Source of the DNA: a candidate division FCPU426 bacterium
Lineage (GTDB): Bacteria > Oederibacteriota > Muellerivitia > Muellerivitales > Muellerivitaceae
Length of the DNA: 64,000 bases
Reading direction: 5' to 3'
Assembly (NCBI GenBank): GCA_963738405.1
Contig: CAVTWJ010000020.1
Location: 32,001 to 96,000 of the forward strand
In this document: one piece after another, positions 62,065 through 64,000 of the stretch
How the letters are laid out: every line of letters starts with the position of its first letter
Position numbering within the stretch: the stretch's first letter is position 1
The notes under the pieces: generated by a model
What the model was told of the DNA's origin: nothing
Database searches by the model: none
What the model saw: the letters and a program-made list of their open reading frames with translations, nothing else
Program-made: the position numbers and the translations under genes

Positions 62065-63696
62065 ATGTTCAACAGGCTTAACATCTTTCAGCGTTTTGGG
62101 CTTTGCATGCTCAGCGCTTTCCTGGTTTGGTTATCTTTTCCCAATTGTTTCGAAAAAAGTCTTACCCCCTGGGGGGCGCCTTTAGCCTGGGTTGCCCTGA
62201 TTCCTTTTTTTTTGGCCCTGGAGGGAACGACCCCTCGCCAGGCGGCTTTTTTAGGTTATCTTTTCGGTTTTGCCCAATTGGGTTCCATCCTTTATTGGAT
62301 AGCGGTATTGGAGGAAGCCAAGTACCTGGGACCGCTCGGTTGGGCGGCGCTCGTGGGATATTTAAGTGTTTATTACGCCCTCTTCGCCTGGATTTTACGA
62401 AGGGCCACGGCAATGGGATTCTCCTCCCTTTGGATCACTCCCATCCTTTGGTTGGGTTGCGAATATTTACGAGGCTCTCAACCTTGGGGAGGGTTCAATT
62501 GGGGCGAGATCGGCTATAGCCAGCTCCCATATCCTAATTTGATTTTTTGGGCGGGCTTGGCGGGAGAATATGGAATCACCTTTTTCATCCTTCTCGTCAA
62601 CGCCTATTGGGTGAACGTCCTTTTGAAGAGGTTCAAGGGGTTTTCCATGCCGGCGGGTGAATGGGCAAGACTTTTTTTCCCGGTGATTTGTATTTTCACC
62701 TTCGCTTCTATAGCGAATTTCATAATTTCCTCCACTCCTCTTCATTCTGTGGGAAGGGTCGCCCTATTACAGCCCTCGGTGAATCAGGAAGAAAAATGGA
62801 CCAAGGCCTTTGAAAACGAGACTTACGACCGGTATGAAAACCTCATCCGAACCTGCGCGAAATCCAATCCGGACCTCATTTTATGGCCCGAAACGGGAGC
62901 TCCGGATCTTCTAAAACTCAATCCCGCTCTCTTATCCCGCGTCTCCCGTATGGTGGTCGAAGGAGGCGCGCCAGAGTTGGTCGGCTGCTTGGACGTCAGT
63001 AAAGAGGCCCAAGGCGGGTTGGATTATTTTAACGCCGCGATGGAATTTGATGAAAAGGGGCGGTCGGGAATGTTGTATCACAAGCGCCACTTGGTTCCCT
63101 TTGGGGAATTTATGCCTTTTCAAAAGTATCTTTCGTTCCTTGGGCCTATCGTTTCCGATTTGGGGAATTTCACTCCAGGGGACCGATTTGAAAAGCTTTC
63201 CGCCCGCTCCTTTACCTACTCCCCCACCATTTGTTACGAGGCGATTTTTCCAGGAGATATGCGAAGAGCCTCTCAAACTGGGGCAGACGCTCTGGTTAAT
63301 ATCAGCAATGACGCCTGGTACGGCCACACCGCTGCGGCTTTCCAGCACGCGCAAATGGGAATCATGCGCTCCGCTGAGCTGCGCAGGCCCCTTTTGCGGG
63401 CCGCCAATACCGGAATTTCCTATATCACTGACCCCTTTGGAAGGTTGCTCATCTCCACCTCCTTTTTTACCCAACAAACCGTGATCGGGGATGTTTTGGT
63501 TGTTTCTCATCCCATGACCTTTTATGCCGCCTGGGGAAATTGGCTTCCCGAACTATGCCTTTGGATGACAGGGATATTGCTGCTATTGGGGATTCTTCGT
63601 AAACCCCCAATGATAAAAGATATTGTGGAGTCCCCGGTTTCCATGCCGTCGGTGGAACCACTCGCATCGGATCCGCCCAAGACGGTATTGGAATGA
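62065..63696 (+). CDS. lnt: Apolipoprotein N-acyltransferase
   Basis: WPET, YHKRHLVPFGE, ICYEAIF, ISNDAWY, RAANTGIS. Confidence 0.96.
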   Translation: MFNRLNIFQRFGLCMLSAFLVWLSFPNCFEKSLTPWGAPLAWVALIPFFLALEGTTPRQAAFLGYLFGFAQLGSILYWIAVLEEAKYLGPLGWAALVGYLSVYYALFAWILRRATAMGFSSLWITPILWLGCEYLRGSQPWGGFNWGEIGYSQLPYPNLIFWAGLAGEYGITFFILLVNAYWVNVLLKRFKGFSMPAGEWARLFFPVICIFTFASIANFIISSTPLHSVGRVALLQPSVNQEEKWTKAFENETYDRYENLIRTCAKSNPDLILWPETGAPDLLKLNPALLSRVSRMVVEGGAPELVGCLDVSKEAQGGLDYFNAAMEFDEKGRSGMLYHKRHLVPFGEFMPFQKYLSFLGPIVSDLGNFTPGDRFEKLSARSFTYSPTICYEAIFPGDMRRASQTGADALVNISNDAWYGHTAAAFQHAQMGIMRSAELRRPLLRAANTGISYITDPFGRLLISTSFFTQQTVIGDVLVVSHPMTFYAAWGNWLPELCLWMTGILLLLGILRKPPMIKDIVESPVSMPSVEPLASDPPKTVLE

Positions 63697-64000
63697 AGTC
63701 TAAACCGGAACAGGGTTATGTCCCCATCGCCAAGGCAAAGGATTTTCGTAATGGAAAAACATTCAAATTTAAGCTCAAGCGGCCCGACCGGGTGACGGAG
63801 GCTTTCGCCTTCAAGAGGGGAGAGTCCTATTTCGCCTATTTAAACCTTTGCCGCCATTGGAGTGTCGGCCTAGATTACGACGACAACGATTTTTTCTCGG
63901 AGGATGGGAAGTTCCTGGTCTGTAAAAACCATGGGGCGGTCTACGATCCCTTGACGGGCGCCTGCGGTGGCGGCCCCTGCGGGGGGGCGGCGCTTTATAA
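63693..64000 (+). CDS. Rieske [2Fe-2S] protein, 3'-truncated by the window end (not in ORF track)
   Basis: Own translation: MKSKPEQ...YLNLCRHW...LVCKNHGAVYDPLTGAC.GGPC, giving CxH...CxxH; ATGA overlap with lnt. Confidence 0.88.
   Translation, partial: MKSKPEQGYVPIAKAKDFRNGKTFKFKLKRPDRVTEAFAFKRGESYFAYLNLCRHWSVGLDYDDNDFFSEDGKFLVCKNHGAVYDPLTGACGGGPCGGAALY

Overview
Chromosomal window from a diderm (LPS-producing) bacterium. Inferred to be a candidate-phylum lineage, possibly FCPU426/Goldbacteria-like, from the Thr-Pro-rich giant surface proteins, a CheC-type chemotaxis gene and an lpxC-fabZ fusion; this is unverified. The housekeeping backbone includes cheA-cheC, dprA, topA, argB, nrdR, eno, a cysteine synthase/Mec pair, tmRNA, skp-lpxD-lpxC/fabZ-lpxA-lpxI, lptF/G, comF, gap, pgk, tpiA, secG and lnt. 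The most notable signal is a probable type IX secretion (T9SS)-like module. A 1968-aa SprA-like outer-membrane protein with an N-terminal FN3-like domain (43216-49122) sits between a LytS/LytTR pair and a 1.6-kaa FN3-repeat protein. That protein and a 2757-aa NHL/beta-propeller adhesin-like protein end in matching FlgD-like C-terminal domains carrying T9SS-CTD-like motifs. Other points: a ~15 kb accessory block separating dprA from topA, a covarying palindromic tandem repeat (18369-18729), dispersed REP-like hairpins, a 29x TFTQTATP stalk, several c-di-GMP receptor candidates and a Lys-rich N-terminal extension on TopA. All family calls come from visual motif recognition; no searches were run.
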